From Mizuhopecten yessoensis (taxonomy: Eukaryota), in assembly GCF_002113885.1 (NCBI RefSeq), contig NW_018405342.1, positions 44,292 to 108,291 of the forward strand: a stretch of DNA of 64,000 nt, written 5' to 3'. Below, piece after piece: positions 63,746 to 64,000 of the stretch. Below the pieces are notes generated by a model. It was not told the DNA's origin. It saw nothing but the letters and a program-made list of their open reading frames with translations, and did not search any database. Each line of letters begins with the position of its first letter. Position 1 is the first letter of the stretch. Both the position numbers and the translations under genes were made by a program.

Positions 63746-64000
63746 GTACAGGGTTGTTATCCACTAGTGGGTAACCAAAAATGTTTACCAATTCCTAGCA
63801 GGTTCATCCAATGAATCGGGAGTGAGGAAAGCTATAGGAGTTGTGGGAGAAACATGGTTTGTGCCCTCGGAATCTGGTGTTACTTTCAAAGTCTTTTTTT
63901 GTGGGGGGTTTCAGGGTATTGTGTTCTCATCAATGTCAATAGATGTCATAAAAATATGGTGTCCATTTACATACTAATAAATTCTTATTTTTGGAGGTTT

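Overview
AT-rich, repeat-rich animal genomic DNA with spliceosomal GT-AG introns. The repeat and gene families point to a bivalve mollusc, which is an inference. I reconstructed three spliced genes by hand. APH1 (gamma-secretase subunit) is on the - strand with 6 coding exons and 260 aa (5580-13089). An FBXO30/FBXO40-like F-box gene lies head-to-head with it on the + strand (about 15842-20058). The 3' seven exons of ZCCHC17 (S1 domain + zinc knuckle) are on the - strand (57538-63203), with the 5' end outside the window. There are also two divergently oriented paralogous coiled-coil/NHL beta-propeller (TRIM-like) genes with single-exon CDSs (28328-29713 -, 43350-45152 +). The rest holds more than a dozen minisatellites, two non-autonomous Helentron (HINE-like) copies, a 1.8 kb long-TIR element, about 8 short hairpin elements, SINEs, a tRNA-containing TRIM, and two assembly gaps. 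The most notable observations are four. (1) The ZCCHC17 stop codon is supplied by the terminal unit of a 6 kb, 73-bp satellite. (2) A 47-bp piece of the FBXO coding exon is copied into a Helentron in the gene's own intron. (3) Two tandem units carry degenerate hammerhead ribozyme cores (retrozyme-like). (4) A Helenus-like TRIM with tRNA-derived LTRs sits in a ZCCHC17 intron. No CRISPR array or prokaryotic system is supported.
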